Made by a program: the position numbers and the translations under genes. A DNA stretch of 64,000 nucleotides, taken from contig CAWCYD010000003.1 in assembly GCA_963799775.1 (NCBI GenBank), forward strand, positions 544,001 through 608,000, given 5' to 3'. The DNA comes from an uncultured archaeon. GTDB lineage: Archaea > Thermoproteota > Nitrososphaeria > Nitrososphaerales > Gagatemarchaeaceae. The notes beneath the pieces were generated by a model. The model saw nothing but the letters and a program-made list of their open reading frames with translations, made no database searches and had not been told where the DNA came from. How positions within the stretch are numbered: the stretch's first letter is position 1; each line of letters begins with the position of its first letter. This document shows positions 50,537 through 60,437 of this stretch, one piece after another.

Positions 50537-53045
50537 TCGTCTCTACCGGCCTGGTCGCTGCGGGGTTCGCAGCGGACGTCGCTGATGCACTCTGTGCGCT
50601 ATTGCTGTTCGGTCCAGTCGTCCCACTGCTGCTGCTTGCTCCGGTCGTCCCGCTGCCGAAGACCAGCGAGCAAATCCGTCTCACGATCGCCTGAACCTCG
50701 GCGTCATCCGAGGTAAGCGCGACGAGAGTCTCGTCGGCGGCTGCCTTGGGGTCGAGCCCGTCGGCGATCAAGGTCGACCAGTTGAGCAGGTCTCCGACAG
50801 AAGGCCCATAGGGCAGGTCTCCGCTCTTGTACCTTTTCCTGCACTCCGCCCCGACGCGTATCACCTTTTCAGCGATGTCCATCGGGATCTTCGCGCGCTC
50901 CGAGACCATCTTGACCTCTCGCTGCGATATCTTCGTCCCGACGCTGAGGTAATCGAAATCTATCCAGACGCTCATGCGCCTCCTGAACGCAGCGTTGAGC
51001 GGCTTTGTGCCCGAGAACTCCGAGGAGTACGGGTTCATGCTGATGACGACGTAGCCGAACTGATGCCTGGGGATCACCTCGTTGTCCTTTTCGTTGAGCA
51101 CCATGTGGCCTCTCGTGTCGAGGATTGGGTTGAGCCTTGTCGCGATGTCCTGTTTCATCATGTTCGCCTCGTCCAGATAGAGGATGCCGCCGTACCTGCA
51201 CCAAGAGACTATCGTCCCGTCGATCCAGTTTTCCTTTCCAAGCCCTACGAACCTCCCGAACATGTCGTAGACCGAGGTCTGGAGACCGCAGTTGATCTCC
51301 CAGAGCGGAAGACCGGCGATCTGTGCGACGAGGTACACGATATGGGTATTGTGGGTCATGACGTTGCCGAAACCTGCTGCAAATGTCTCAGTTCCGGGCA
51401 CCTGAAAGTCGTAAACCCAGCCATCGTAGTCGACCTCCTTCAATTGCTTCACGGAGTCCCATAGAACACCCGACTCCGCGAGCTGAACCAGTTCTGGAGA
51501 ACCCAATTCCGCGGCAATTCTTCCTAGGACGTTTAGCCCTATCATTCCTGTACTCGGATAGAGGCATGAGACCGTCCTCTTGTGGAAGGCCTTAGACTTG
51601 GACTCGGAAGGGAGCGCCTTGTAAGCGCGCTTTGCGATTGCAACCATGTCTGGCGTCACCTTCACCTTCTCGACGTGCCCCCTGTGGTCATCGGCTGTGG
51701 GCATTCCTGCGATCGGAACACCTATCCTCGCTGCACCGTCTCTGGCAATCGCGACGCAGTAGTGGGGGGCGCTCTTCGTCTTCTTCACTCGGACGGTTGG
51801 GAATATTCCAAGCTGCTCTAAGAGAACTATGATGCCGTTTGCGAGGTCATTGCTCGATGTCCCGAACAGCAGTTCAGAGCCCTCTTTCTGCCAGCCGTCC
51901 CCGATGTGGAACCCGCCGAGGAATGCTATCTTTGCGCGTTCGGATGCGGCAAAGATGAAGTCTGGAACTCTCTTGTATCTTGCTTGCGAGCCTTTGCCTG
52001 TCCCCACCCGTTTGCTTACCGTCGCCATTGAAAGCAGCGATACGAACGCCTTGCTGAATATCCTGAGCTCGGTCAGACCGTTTTGCAGTCTGGTCGATGT
52101 ACCGAGTCCTAGGGAGCGCATTAGTTTCTCGCATCTCCCGATCAGAGCGGCGTCTTCCTGGTAGATAGAGGCGAAGCCTTTGCCTATGTATCCCTCTGCG
52201 ACGAAGAAACCGAGGAACCAGCAGAATTCCTCGTTCAGAGGAATCAAGGCTGGGCAGGGAATCTGAATCGTATCCCTTCCGGCGATCACGGCTCCTCTTT
52301 CTGTTAGCTTCGAACCTGGGACGAGATCCTGAATCGCTATCTGCTCGAGGGGAGCTCCTTCGATGGCAGGGACATGGCGCATTACTGGAAGACGAGCGCC
52401 TACCGTCAACGCTTCCCCAGTCACCTCTTCCCGATCGGTGATGAACGAATGCTCCGGAGTCGCTCTGATCACTCGATTTCTGGAAGTCGTAACCTCGAGA
52501 ACCTTCCCCTTGTGGGACGACCGAGCAATGGCGTGTGCCCTCTTCCATGAAACCTTGTCCAAGGCTCTGTCGAGCGACAGTACCCGGAGGTCGACTTTTC
52601 CAAGCAGGAGTGACTCCCAGTGGTCGTCGTCCAACGCCACTGGAAACCTCCTGGACAGCTCGTCGAAGAGAGCATCGATTGTAGTAAGCTTTGGCTTGCC
52701 GTCCAGCAGCACGAAGACAGGCTCGCCCTGGCATACGCTCTTGCCCGTCCCTGAGGGCCCGATTAGAGCAGTCTGCTTGAAGTAGTAGAGGGCGCGCATG
52801 ATCCTCTCCACGTAGCCCTCCCCCTCGTCGACGTAGTCAGGGACCTTCGCAGGTATCATGCTCCTGAGGGCCTCCGGCACGGGGTAGCCGACGCCGAGGT
52901 CGTACTTTGAGACGCCGTACTTTTCTTTTAGCGATTGTTCCCCAGTCCTTGGGGTGACGGAAAGTTTTACAGAAAGCCGGGCTCCCTTGCCCTCAGAAGA
53001 CGTGGTTATGGTGGTCTTTTTGTTGGAATCCTCGGGATTACTCAT
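50523..53045 (-). CDS. MoxR/CbbQ/NirQ-type AAA+ ATPase with intein
   Basis: GPSGTGK[intein]T, LYLDEAN, SMNP, LNAAFRRR. Confidence 0.93.
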   Translation of the reverse strand: MSNPEDSNKKTTITTSSEGKGARLSVKLSVTPRTGEQSLKEKYGVSKYDLGVGYPVPEALRSMIPAKVPDYVDEGEGYVERIMRALYYFKQTALIGPSGTGKSVCQGEPVFVLLDGKPKLTTIDALFDELSRRFPVALDDDHWESLLLGKVDLRVLSLDRALDKVSWKRAHAIARSSHKGKVLEVTTSRNRVIRATPEHSFITDREEVTGEALTVGARLPVMRHVPAIEGAPLEQIAIQDLVPGSKLTERGAVIAGRDTIQIPCPALIPLNEEFCWFLGFFVAEGYIGKGFASIYQEDAALIGRCEKLMRSLGLGTSTRLQNGLTELRIFSKAFVSLLSMATVSKRVGTGKGSQARYKRVPDFIFAASERAKIAFLGGFHIGDGWQKEGSELLFGTSSNDLANGIIVLLEQLGIFPTVRVKKTKSAPHYCVAIARDGAARIGVPIAGMPTADDHRGHVEKVKVTPDMVAIAKRAYKALPSESKSKAFHKRTVSCLYPSTGMIGLNVLGRIAAELGSPELVQLAESGVLWDSVKQLKEVDYDGWVYDFQVPGTETFAAGFGNVMTHNTHIVYLVAQIAGLPLWEINCGLQTSVYDMFGRFVGLGKENWIDGTIVSWCRYGGILYLDEANMMKQDIATRLNPILDTRGHMVLNEKDNEVIPRHQFGYVVISMNPYSSEFSGTKPLNAAFRRRMSVWIDFDYLSVGTKISQREVKMVSERAKIPMDIAEKVIRVGAECRKRYKSGDLPYGPSVGDLLNWSTLIADGLDPKAAADETLVALTSDDAEVQAIVRRICSLVFGSGTTGASSSSGTTGPNSNSAQSASATSAANPAATRPVETTERP
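51348..52739 (-). mobile_element. Intein with LAGLIDADG endonuclease in Walker A
   Basis: SVCQGEPV, ATPEHSF, FLGFFVAEG, FLGGFHIGDG, VYDF...THN before +1 Thr; 464 aa. Confidence 0.95.
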
Positions 53046-53086
53046 CGGTACGAGGTTTAAAAACTTCGGAACTTCTTTTTAAATGA

Positions 53087-53120
53087 TTATGAACCAGCAG
53101 TTCATAACAGTGGTTCGTAT
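53087..53120. promoter_or_regulatory. Shared operator (three boxes) in divergent ATPase/SecB-like promoter
   Basis: TTATGAAC-n5-GTTCATAA-n5-GTTCGTAT between two TTTAAA boxes. Confidence 0.8.
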
Positions 53121-53177
53121 ACCTTTAAATCGAGTTGAGGGCTCTTTTAATCACTCGCTGGAAGGAATATACTAGAC

Positions 53178-53618
53178 ATGGTAGAGGTAGAAGTCCTGGT
53201 CAAGAACGTCGAGGCCAACCGTCTTAGCGAAGAGACTAGAGACGAGGCCTCGGTCACGTTCGACGTCGCTGCCTCGCTTGCAGAGATGGACCATGTTGCG
53301 GGGCAGTTCCTTCTGAAATACAGCATCACGATCACTTCCCAGCCTCCGGTGGCCAGGATGGACGTGTCGGGCACCGCCAAGATCACCGGGGAGGACAAGG
53401 AGATCGAGGAGCTGTTGAAGTCTCCCGACCAGAACACCCCGCCCCCGGTCTTCATGAGCATCTACCAGAAGGTCTACGCGATCCTCTATCTCCTCTCAGG
53501 CTCTCTGAAGATACCCTACCCCTCTCCAGGCCTCATGAAGGTCGTGAAGATGGCTTCCCCCAATGAGTCGGGGGGGTCAGTAAGGACTGAAGAAAAGGCG
53601 CCGCAGCTATCAGTGTAA
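53178..53618 (+). CDS. Archaeal SecB-like fold protein
   Basis: Four alternating beta strands, then a long helix ending IPYPSP; paralog at 53939. Confidence 0.6.
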   Translation: MVEVEVLVKNVEANRLSEETRDEASVTFDVAASLAEMDHVAGQFLLKYSITITSQPPVARMDVSGTAKITGEDKEIEELLKSPDQNTPPPVFMSIYQKVYAILYLLSGSLKIPYPSPGLMKVVKMASPNESGGSVRTEEKAPQLSV

Positions 53619-53924
53619 GACGGTCATTCTGGCGGTAGGATACATCATCCCTTCCGCCGCGGCTGTAGGCTCCATGAACACCGACTCCACAGCACAGTAT
53701 TTGTTGAGCAGATTCAGGCCGTCCTCCGTCGCCTGAACGACCAGGCCCGAGGGTGTGTCTTTGCTGGTCAGCATTCCTTTGCTCTCCATGCTGTCCAGGC
53801 ATTCCTTTAGGACGTTCCAAGCCAGGTTGGCCTTGTACATGATCCTCGTCCGTTTCGCTTCCCTCTCCTCGGCGACGACCTTCATGATGTCCATCAAGAC
53901 TTCGAGCTTTGATCTTCGAATCAA
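53610..53924 (-). CDS. Winged-helix regulator (HTH_45 family)
   Basis: RRSKLEV..DI...TRIMYKANLAW; paralog of 25872; SD-like GAGGGAGTG upstream of TTG. Confidence 0.88.
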   Translation of the reverse strand: MIRRSKLEVLMDIMKVVAEEREAKRTRIMYKANLAWNVLKECLDSMESKGMLTSKDTPSGLVVQATEDGLNLLNKYCAVESVFMEPTAAAEGMMYPTARMTVLH

Positions 53925-53938
53925 TTTGAACCACTCCC

Positions 53939-54431
53939 TCACTGGACGAGAGGAGCGATCTCCTGCTGCGGGAGGGGTTGCGGGACACTCGACCTCGGGT
54001 TGGATCTCTCCTGGTACGAGACGGACGTCCTCGATCAGCCATGGAGAAGGCGCCTGGAGACCGGATGACTCGAAGAGAAGGTAGAGCGTCTCGAAGTTCC
54101 TTCGGTATATCTGCATCGCAATCTCGGATATCTTCTCTTCCCCTAGCGCCTGGAGGTCGGTGACTGATGATATCCTGTCGCTCGTGATCGTAACTTCGCC
54201 ACCCAGCTCGGCTCTTTCTACCGCCGGGTTTGCATCGAGATAGAGCGTGTACTTGAGGCGGAGCCTTCCCTTCACGGTCTCGATCTCCTTGATGTCCGCA
54301 CCCAGGTCGAACGACACCTTGGGAGTCTCGTTCGTGTGGCCGAGGGTCATCCTCGCCACCTTGATCCTGGTGAGAGTGCAGACGAAATCACTGATGTCGA
54401 GTTGTAACGGGACATTTCCGGCGCTGTACAT
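53939..54431 (-). CDS. Archaeal SecB-like fold protein, paralog 2
   Basis: V.FD..A...E...L.Y.L....P......G...I...IY.....LYLL......PSP, aligns with 53178. Confidence 0.6.
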
Positions 54432-54734
54432 CACCACCAATGAGAGCGTTTCAGAAGTTAAGCGATTTCGCAGGTTACGTGAACATTCGCCCGTCATCTT
54501 CTGGAACATGCCAACTAGAGGCGTCAGCCCTTCTCGACGTGGAATCCTGATGATGACATCCCATTCCTCGAGGTATCATTCGCAATGGCGCAAGCCCGAT
54601 GCTGAGAGGCATGGGAGTGCATTTCTCAATTGAAGAGTCATGAAAGTCTCTGTTCGTGGTTCAAAATAAGAAAAGAGGGGGGATTCCGGCCTTTCCCCCG
54701 TTCTTCGTGTTTTTTCAGCGTGCTGGCGCTGCGA

Positions 54735-55778
54735 CTAGAGGTTGCTCAAGAAGCCGAAGAGCCCTGATAGCCCCCCGAAGCTTCCAAAGCCGAACCCCGA
54801 GTTGCTGTTCTGGCTTGCGCTTCCTTGAAGCTGTGTCGTGAAGGCGAATGCTGGAGATGTCCAGGTGGTTGAGTAGGTTCCTCTGAATTGACCGAGCGCC
54901 CAGTGTCCACTAGATTGGAATCCGGTGTACATGCATGTCGGTACTGGGTAGTCTATCCCAGTCAATGCGGACGAACAGTCCTGTCCTCCGGGAGGAATCG
55001 TCGAGGTGCCGTGGTAGTTCCCGTTCCCATTTAGCGATGGGATTGCGAACCCGGTGAATGTGGTCGTACCCTGGTCGATGGCGTATCCTGTGACTAGGTT
55101 CTCAAACTCGTTCCCAGAGTTGGAAGCAGTTCCCGAAACTGGTGTCGAGCCGAGCGTGCCTGTGACCGGACCGCTTACCTGTGATCCCTGCCAGTAGATG
55201 GTTCCTATGTTGTAGGTTGTCACGATAGTGAGATAGCAACTTGTTGTGTTCGGTATGAGACAGTCCCCTGAGTACATCACGATGGGGCCGCCGAAGGGAT
55301 TGGCGTATGGTGTTTCGATTGCGAGTGGTAGTCCGAATCGCTGTGTGTTGCCTCCCGTGTTCACGTTCAAGTTCGGAGAGTCCGAAATGAAGTAGCCGGG
55401 AAGGGCGTTGTAGCCTGCGGACGCGATGAATTGTGCGTCATCGATCCCAAAGTTTCCGCTTATGGTTATGCTCTGGCCGGATAGAGTTCCGGTCAAGCGC
55501 ATAGCTCCGGCTCCGCTCATGACTCCTGTGTTTTCAGAAGCCACAAAGCCGTACTGAAGCGACGGGTTGGAGAGTGGGACGCCGTTTATCAGGGCGAAGA
55601 CGACCTGGCCACCTGCAACGGTGTAGGTCTGTGCGCCCAAGTCGGTCACTCCTCCCATGGGGTTTGACGTGAGGTTGAGTTGCTGAGGTTGTGTGTAGGC
55701 CAACGCGGGGGCTGCTCCCCCGAGAAGGACGATGATTGCTGTGATTGCCAGCGCTGTTCTGCGTGCTGTTACGTTCAT
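54735..55778 (-). CDS. Secreted Gly/Thr-rich beta protein
   Basis: Signal peptide with ALA cleavage site; GF-rich tail. Confidence 0.75.
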   Translation of the reverse strand: MNVTARRTALAITAIIVLLGGAAPALAYTQPQQLNLTSNPMGGVTDLGAQTYTVAGGQVVFALINGVPLSNPSLQYGFVASENTGVMSGAGAMRLTGTLSGQSITISGNFGIDDAQFIASAGYNALPGYFISDSPNLNVNTGGNTQRFGLPLAIETPYANPFGGPIVMYSGDCLIPNTTSCYLTIVTTYNIGTIYWQGSQVSGPVTGTLGSTPVSGTASNSGNEFENLVTGYAIDQGTTTFTGFAIPSLNGNGNYHGTSTIPPGGQDCSSALTGIDYPVPTCMYTGFQSSGHWALGQFRGTYSTTWTSPAFAFTTQLQGSASQNSNSGFGFGSFGGLSGLFGFLSNL

Positions 55779-55889
55779 TACCTTGCATAGAGACCTGTTC
55801 GATGTATATCGATTATTGGCGTAATCCACAAAGGAGCAGACTCCGTTTTGGAAGTGGGTTCTTTCACCAGTCTTTCTTTCGAATGGGCG

Positions 55890-56270
55890 CTAATTCGGCT
55901 CTTCCACGACATTCGAGATTATCCCTGACTTTGCGGTCATCTTCTTCTTCAGATTGATTCCCCTGACGTAGCCGCCCCATGTTTCGGCGAATCTGGCCGT
56001 GCCGATGGCGAATATCGAGACCGCCGCGAACAAGGTCGCGTCTCTGATCCCGTTTGTCTGAACGCTGAACATGTTTTCAAAGTCGAAGTATGCCCCCTCG
56101 ATCACCCAGGATGCGAAGAAGATGCCTGAGATGCAGATGGGTATCCACTCGTGCCTGAGCATGCTCAGCTCTTCAATCCTGTAGATCTGCAACATTGTCT
56201 TCACGAGGTAAAAGCCGGGGGCAAGGCAGGTACCCGCTAGCAAGACGTCAAAAAAGACGTTAAGATTCAA
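55890..56270 (-). CDS. Small 3-4 TM protein, possible sensor
   Basis: Hydrophobic helices, adjacent to KaiC gene. Confidence 0.65.
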   Translation of the reverse strand: MNLNVFFDVLLAGTCLAPGFYLVKTMLQIYRIEELSMLRHEWIPICISGIFFASWVIEGAYFDFENMFSVQTNGIRDATLFAAVSIFAIGTARFAETWGGYVRGINLKKKMTAKSGIISNVVEEPN

Positions 56271-56303
56271 ACGGCGAAATACTCAGCGTGATTATTAAAA
56301 GCG

Positions 56304-56324
56304 TTCTGAACTAGTGGTCTATCC
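56304..56324. promoter_or_regulatory. Shared operator upstream of 55890..56270
   Basis: TTCTGAAC-n5-GTCTATCC next to reverse TTTAATAA. Confidence 0.55.
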
Positions 56325-56390
56325 GAATCGGCCCAGGAAGTCCCGTTTTGGGTATCGCGACGCGAAGAAGGGGTTTCTAGACCTGAGACA

Positions 56391-57119
56391 TCATGGGGTA
56401 TACGGCAGTATTTCTACACCATGAGGTGTGAATAGCACGCTGTGGAACTTCCTGCTGTGCTCGGTTCCCCTGAGCTTGCGGATGAGGAATTGCGTCTTGA
56501 TCTCGACGTCCCTGGAGATGTAGTTCCGCAGCTCGAATATCCCATCTGCCACGAACTCTTCGACGCCCGTCTCGACAGGGATCCCTGCTCCCTGAGGCCT
56601 GCTCACCGTCATCAGAGTCGTGACCCCTTCCCGCTTCAGGGTCTTGTAGATGAGATGCATTAGAAAGCTGTAATCGAACTTCTCTTCCGCGCCGCTCATG
56701 AAGGCGGTCAGCGAGTCCACCACCAGCCTCCTTGCGCCGATGTCGTCGAGAGCCTTTAGGAGCGCCTCGATGTTCGAACCCATCCCCCGACCCTCGAGCG
56801 CCTCGAGGTCGAGGAGCTTCACCTTGCCTTCCTTCTCCAGGGCTTCAAAATCCATCCCGAACCGGAGGAGGTTGCGCTTGAGGCTCTTGGTGTCCTCCTC
56901 GAACGTCGCGAACACTGCCTTCTCGTTGAACAGCTTTGCTGAGTTGTATACGAATTGCGAGGAGAAGATAGTCTTACCTGTTCCCATGTCACCCAGAAGC
57001 AAGATGAAGTCGCCTTTTTGGAGCCCCCCCTGAATCAGCGGGTCCAGGCCGGGGATCCCCGTCTTCAGCCTGACTTCTGCGGCAACCGTGGCCAAGATGT
57101 CTACCGCCTGAGTGACCAC
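56391..57119 (-). CDS. Single-domain KaiC/RAD55-like ATPase
   Basis: TGIPGLD, GDMGTGKT, FEE, VVDSL, KLRGTEHS; real start may be TTG at 57095. Confidence 0.93.
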   Translation of the reverse strand: MVTQAVDILATVAAEVRLKTGIPGLDPLIQGGLQKGDFILLLGDMGTGKTIFSSQFVYNSAKLFNEKAVFATFEEDTKSLKRNLLRFGMDFEALEKEGKVKLLDLEALEGRGMGSNIEALLKALDDIGARRLVVDSLTAFMSGAEEKFDYSFLMHLIYKTLKREGVTTLMTVSRPQGAGIPVETGVEEFVADGIFELRNYISRDVEIKTQFLIRKLRGTEHSRKFHSVLFTPHGVEILPYTP

Positions 57120-57396
57120 CTAAAATACATTGGGAAATTGCAATCTGCTTTGCAAGATTTCCCAACAATGACAGCGCTCGCAGATGATTCGTGCAACATC
57201 AGAGATTCGGGCAACGTTGCGCACGTTTCCATAGGCATAACCTGCAATTTCCAGACATCACATAGGTCCGTGTTGTGATTCTCGGATAATTGTCCGAGTT
57301 TTCGGAGAACGCTCCCGACTTAAGAGCCTTTTAGGAAAAAGGATATGGGATTCATACTGCTTTATTAGCCGAACGTCGAAGTGCGGTCGTCTCACG

Positions 57397-58539
57397 TTGA
57401 TGGAGTTTGAGCGGCTCAAACGCCGCAACCAGGATTATCTCCTCATCGAAACGATAAAACGCGTCGGCCCTTCCAACTACTCCCTCCTTGCGAGGCTCAC
57501 GGGGCTCAACGCCGAAACGGTCAGATACAAGATCAGCAAGCAGCTGGGCAAATACGGCCTGGGTCTCACAGTCAACATCAACTACGGAGAGCTCGGATTC
57601 TCGCTGGGCCTCCTGAAAGTCAAGGCCAACTCGGCGTCAGGCAAATCCTGGTTCGACCACGTGCACTATCTTATGCTCCTCTCGAAAGTTTCGGGCACGG
57701 ACAGATACATCTGCCTCTATGGCATCCCGTACAGGTTCAAGAAGAAGTACGCAGAGGGACTCGAGTTTCTCAAGCAGAAGGGACTCATCGAAGAGTTCGA
57801 GATGACGGAACTCTACTGGATGCGATACCCTCCTTTCAGGTCTGAGCTATACAACTTCGAGACGAAATGTTGGAACGTCGACTGGAAGAAGATCGATTCT
57901 CCCACCCAAGAGGCTGGCGTTACCTCGTTCTCGGTGAACCACGACCCCAAGGTCGACGACGTCGACATCAAGATCCTAAAGTACCTCAAGGAGGATCCGA
58001 CCTACGGCCTCGCCAAGCTGGGCAAGGAGATCGGGGTCAACCCGAGGACGGTGCGATACCACCACTCTGAGCACGTAGTGAAGGGCAACCTCATCATCGG
58101 GAACAACGTCCGGTGGACGTGGCCTCTCCAGCAAGGCAAGGGCGGCGAGATAATGCAGGTGAACGTGGCGTTCAAGGGCCTGCAGCAGGACGAAGTCGCT
58201 GTCGTCCGGAAGCTCTTCAACAAGCTGCCGTTCACGTGGTTCGAGGGAGGGACGGAGAGCAGAGACTACTTCGCCTTCATGGACATCCCGATCTACAGCT
58301 TCCACGAATGCGTCCGATTCATCGAGACAAACCTTGGCGCGACGAGAAGCGAGATGGAGATGTCCATTCTGGACTCCTCGAAGACACAGTACCTCAACGT
58401 CCCCGACGAGATGTTCGACAAGCGCCTCGGGTGGCGGCTCTTCGGCGACAGCGAGCAGGGTGCTCAAGACGTCGCCCCCACGGCGGAGCGTGGCGAGTCG
58501 AGGCAGGTAGGCGAGAGCGAACGGGGAACGGGCCATTGA
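57397..58539 (+). CDS. Double-HTH Lrp/AsnC-like regulator
   Basis: Two HTH plus ligand-domain repeats (LARLTGLNAETVRY; DDVDIKIL...LGKEIGVNPRTVRYH); box ATTCATAC at 57350 before TTTATTA. Confidence 0.82.
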   Translation: MMEFERLKRRNQDYLLIETIKRVGPSNYSLLARLTGLNAETVRYKISKQLGKYGLGLTVNINYGELGFSLGLLKVKANSASGKSWFDHVHYLMLLSKVSGTDRYICLYGIPYRFKKKYAEGLEFLKQKGLIEEFEMTELYWMRYPPFRSELYNFETKCWNVDWKKIDSPTQEAGVTSFSVNHDPKVDDVDIKILKYLKEDPTYGLAKLGKEIGVNPRTVRYHHSEHVVKGNLIIGNNVRWTWPLQQGKGGEIMQVNVAFKGLQQDEVAVVRKLFNKLPFTWFEGGTESRDYFAFMDIPIYSFHECVRFIETNLGATRSEMEMSILDSSKTQYLNVPDEMFDKRLGWRLFGDSEQGAQDVAPTAERGESRQVGESERGTGH

Positions 58540-59403
58540 GGCCCCTGAGCATAGTCTACAGAGAGCTGGTTCTTGGTGGACATCTCCTCGCGCTCGGGAC
58601 CGCTAGCATCGCGGCCGCTGCCGCCTACTTCTTCGGGAGAAGCCCCACCTTCGTGCTGCTGTTGATGGCCTACCTCTTCTCGTTTGGCGCGTACATGATG
58701 AACCGGAGCGCGGAGATGGACCAGGACCTTCGTCTCCCACCCAGAGAGGACGAACTACCTCGCGACGCGCAGGAGAGTCCTGCCGGGAGTGGTGGCCGCC
58801 TCCTTCCTAATCGGGTACTCTCTTGCCGCGACGGTCAGCTGGATATTCTTCGCGGCCCTTCTCGTTCCTCTAGCGCTGAGCCTTCTTTACAGCGTCGGTT
58901 CGAAGCGTCTCGTCGGTCTCATCGGGACGGCGAAGCTCAAGCAGAAGATGCTCCTCAAGAACCTGACCATCTCGCTGGGATGGTCGCTGATACCCATTCT
59001 CGTGGGGCTGTACTTCGGAGGCTTCAACACCGCGTTGCTGCTTCTGAGTCCTTTCATCTTCCTGAGGCTCATGACCAACACAATCGTGTTCGATATCCGC
59101 GACACCCAGGGAGACAGGGAGAACGGGATCAAGACTCTCCCCACGGAGCTGGGGGTGCCGAAGGCGTTCAGCGTCGTCGGTCTGATCGATGCCGCGTCGG
59201 CCATCTACCTGATCATCCTGCTAGGTGCTTCTCTCGTGCCGACGTTCGCAGTCACTCTCGTGACGCTTCCAATCTACTCCACGATATATCGGGCCTTCGC
59301 GATGCGGAGCAACGCCAACTTGGCGTTCATCTGCGACGTCGTCGCCGACGCCGAGTACGTGTTATGGGGACCACTGATCTACATTGGCAGGATTATCGCC
59401 TAA
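58536..59403 (+). CDS. UbiA-family prenyltransferase (indel near 58730)
   Basis: NRSAEMDQD, YS...K...KN, DIRDTQGD..GIKTLP. Confidence 0.9.
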
Positions 59404-60428
59404 CAAGGAAGGGGCTGAGGAGGCGAAGAGCCTGCAGGAGCCCGGCCAAAACCCACTCATCGCGCGATACAGGCTCGAAGTGGAGAAGCGCCTGACCGAG
59501 ATCTACAGCACGGACAGCTGGATCTCTGCCGCCGCGAGCGAAGCCATCCGCGCCGGCGGGAAGCGCCTGAGGCCCATCCTTGCAGTCCTGACGTGCGAGG
59601 CCATCTGCGGCAATCCGGAGCCCGCGTTCCCGGTCGCCATGGCCTACGAGCTTGCACACGCCGCTTCCCTTATCCAGGACGACATCATCGATGAATCAGC
59701 GGTCCGCCACGGCACCCCCACCACCTTCAACAGGTACGGCATCGCCCGGGCCATAATGCTCTCCGACAGCATGATCTTCGAGATATTCACGCTCCTTTCC
59801 CGCTACGGCGAGAGCGACATGACCAAGGAAGGGCTCGCTCAGCTCCTGGCGCTCCTGGGGCGTGCAGCGAGCTTGGCTGCGGAAGGCGAGATGCTCGAAG
59901 TCGCGCTCTCGAGGCGGGGCGACATAAAGACCGAAGAGTACACCAAGGTGATAGGCCAGAAGACAGGCGCGCTCTTCGCAGCCAGCGCGGCATCCGGGGC
60001 GGTCGTCGCCGACGCAGACAAGGCCCGTAGTCGACAGGATGTACGAGTTTGGAATGGCCCTGGGCGTCGCTTTCCAGTTAGGAGACGACATCCTCGACAT
60101 GACCGGGGACACGAAGGCCACAGGGAAGCCCGTCTTCAAGGACATTGAGAACAACGCGGGCAACATCGTCCTCCTTCACGCTCTCTCAAAGGCAGACGCC
60201 TTCCAAAAGAACACGATCAACTCGCTCCTGTTCAAGAAGTGGTTCACCTCAAACGAGGCCGATAAGCTACTTGCCCTGTTGAAGGAGCTCGGGTCGTTCG
60301 AGTATGCTTCGAACCTACTTGTGCTGCAGGCCTCCCGGTGCCGGATGCTCCTGGAGTCGCTACCCCAATCTCATGCGAAAAACGCGCTGGACGACCTGAT
60401 CAAGACCGTAGAAGTAAGGAGGCAGTGA
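59384..60428 (+). CDS. Polyprenyl diphosphate synthase (indel near 60025)
   Basis: GGKRLRP, DDIID, KTG, FQLGDDILD. Confidence 0.93.
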
Positions 60429-60437
60429 CAAGAGGCC

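Noticed and set aside
48827-53045. Gas vesicle (GvpN) or Rubisco activase locus
   Set aside because: No gvpA-like or Rubisco gene in the window
53610-54509. SecB-like/wHTH fusion protein
   Set aside because: Alternative frame VPQPLPQQEIAPLVQ* ends at 53939, followed by an SD-like sequence and TTG; likely two genes joined by an indel, though reads should confirm
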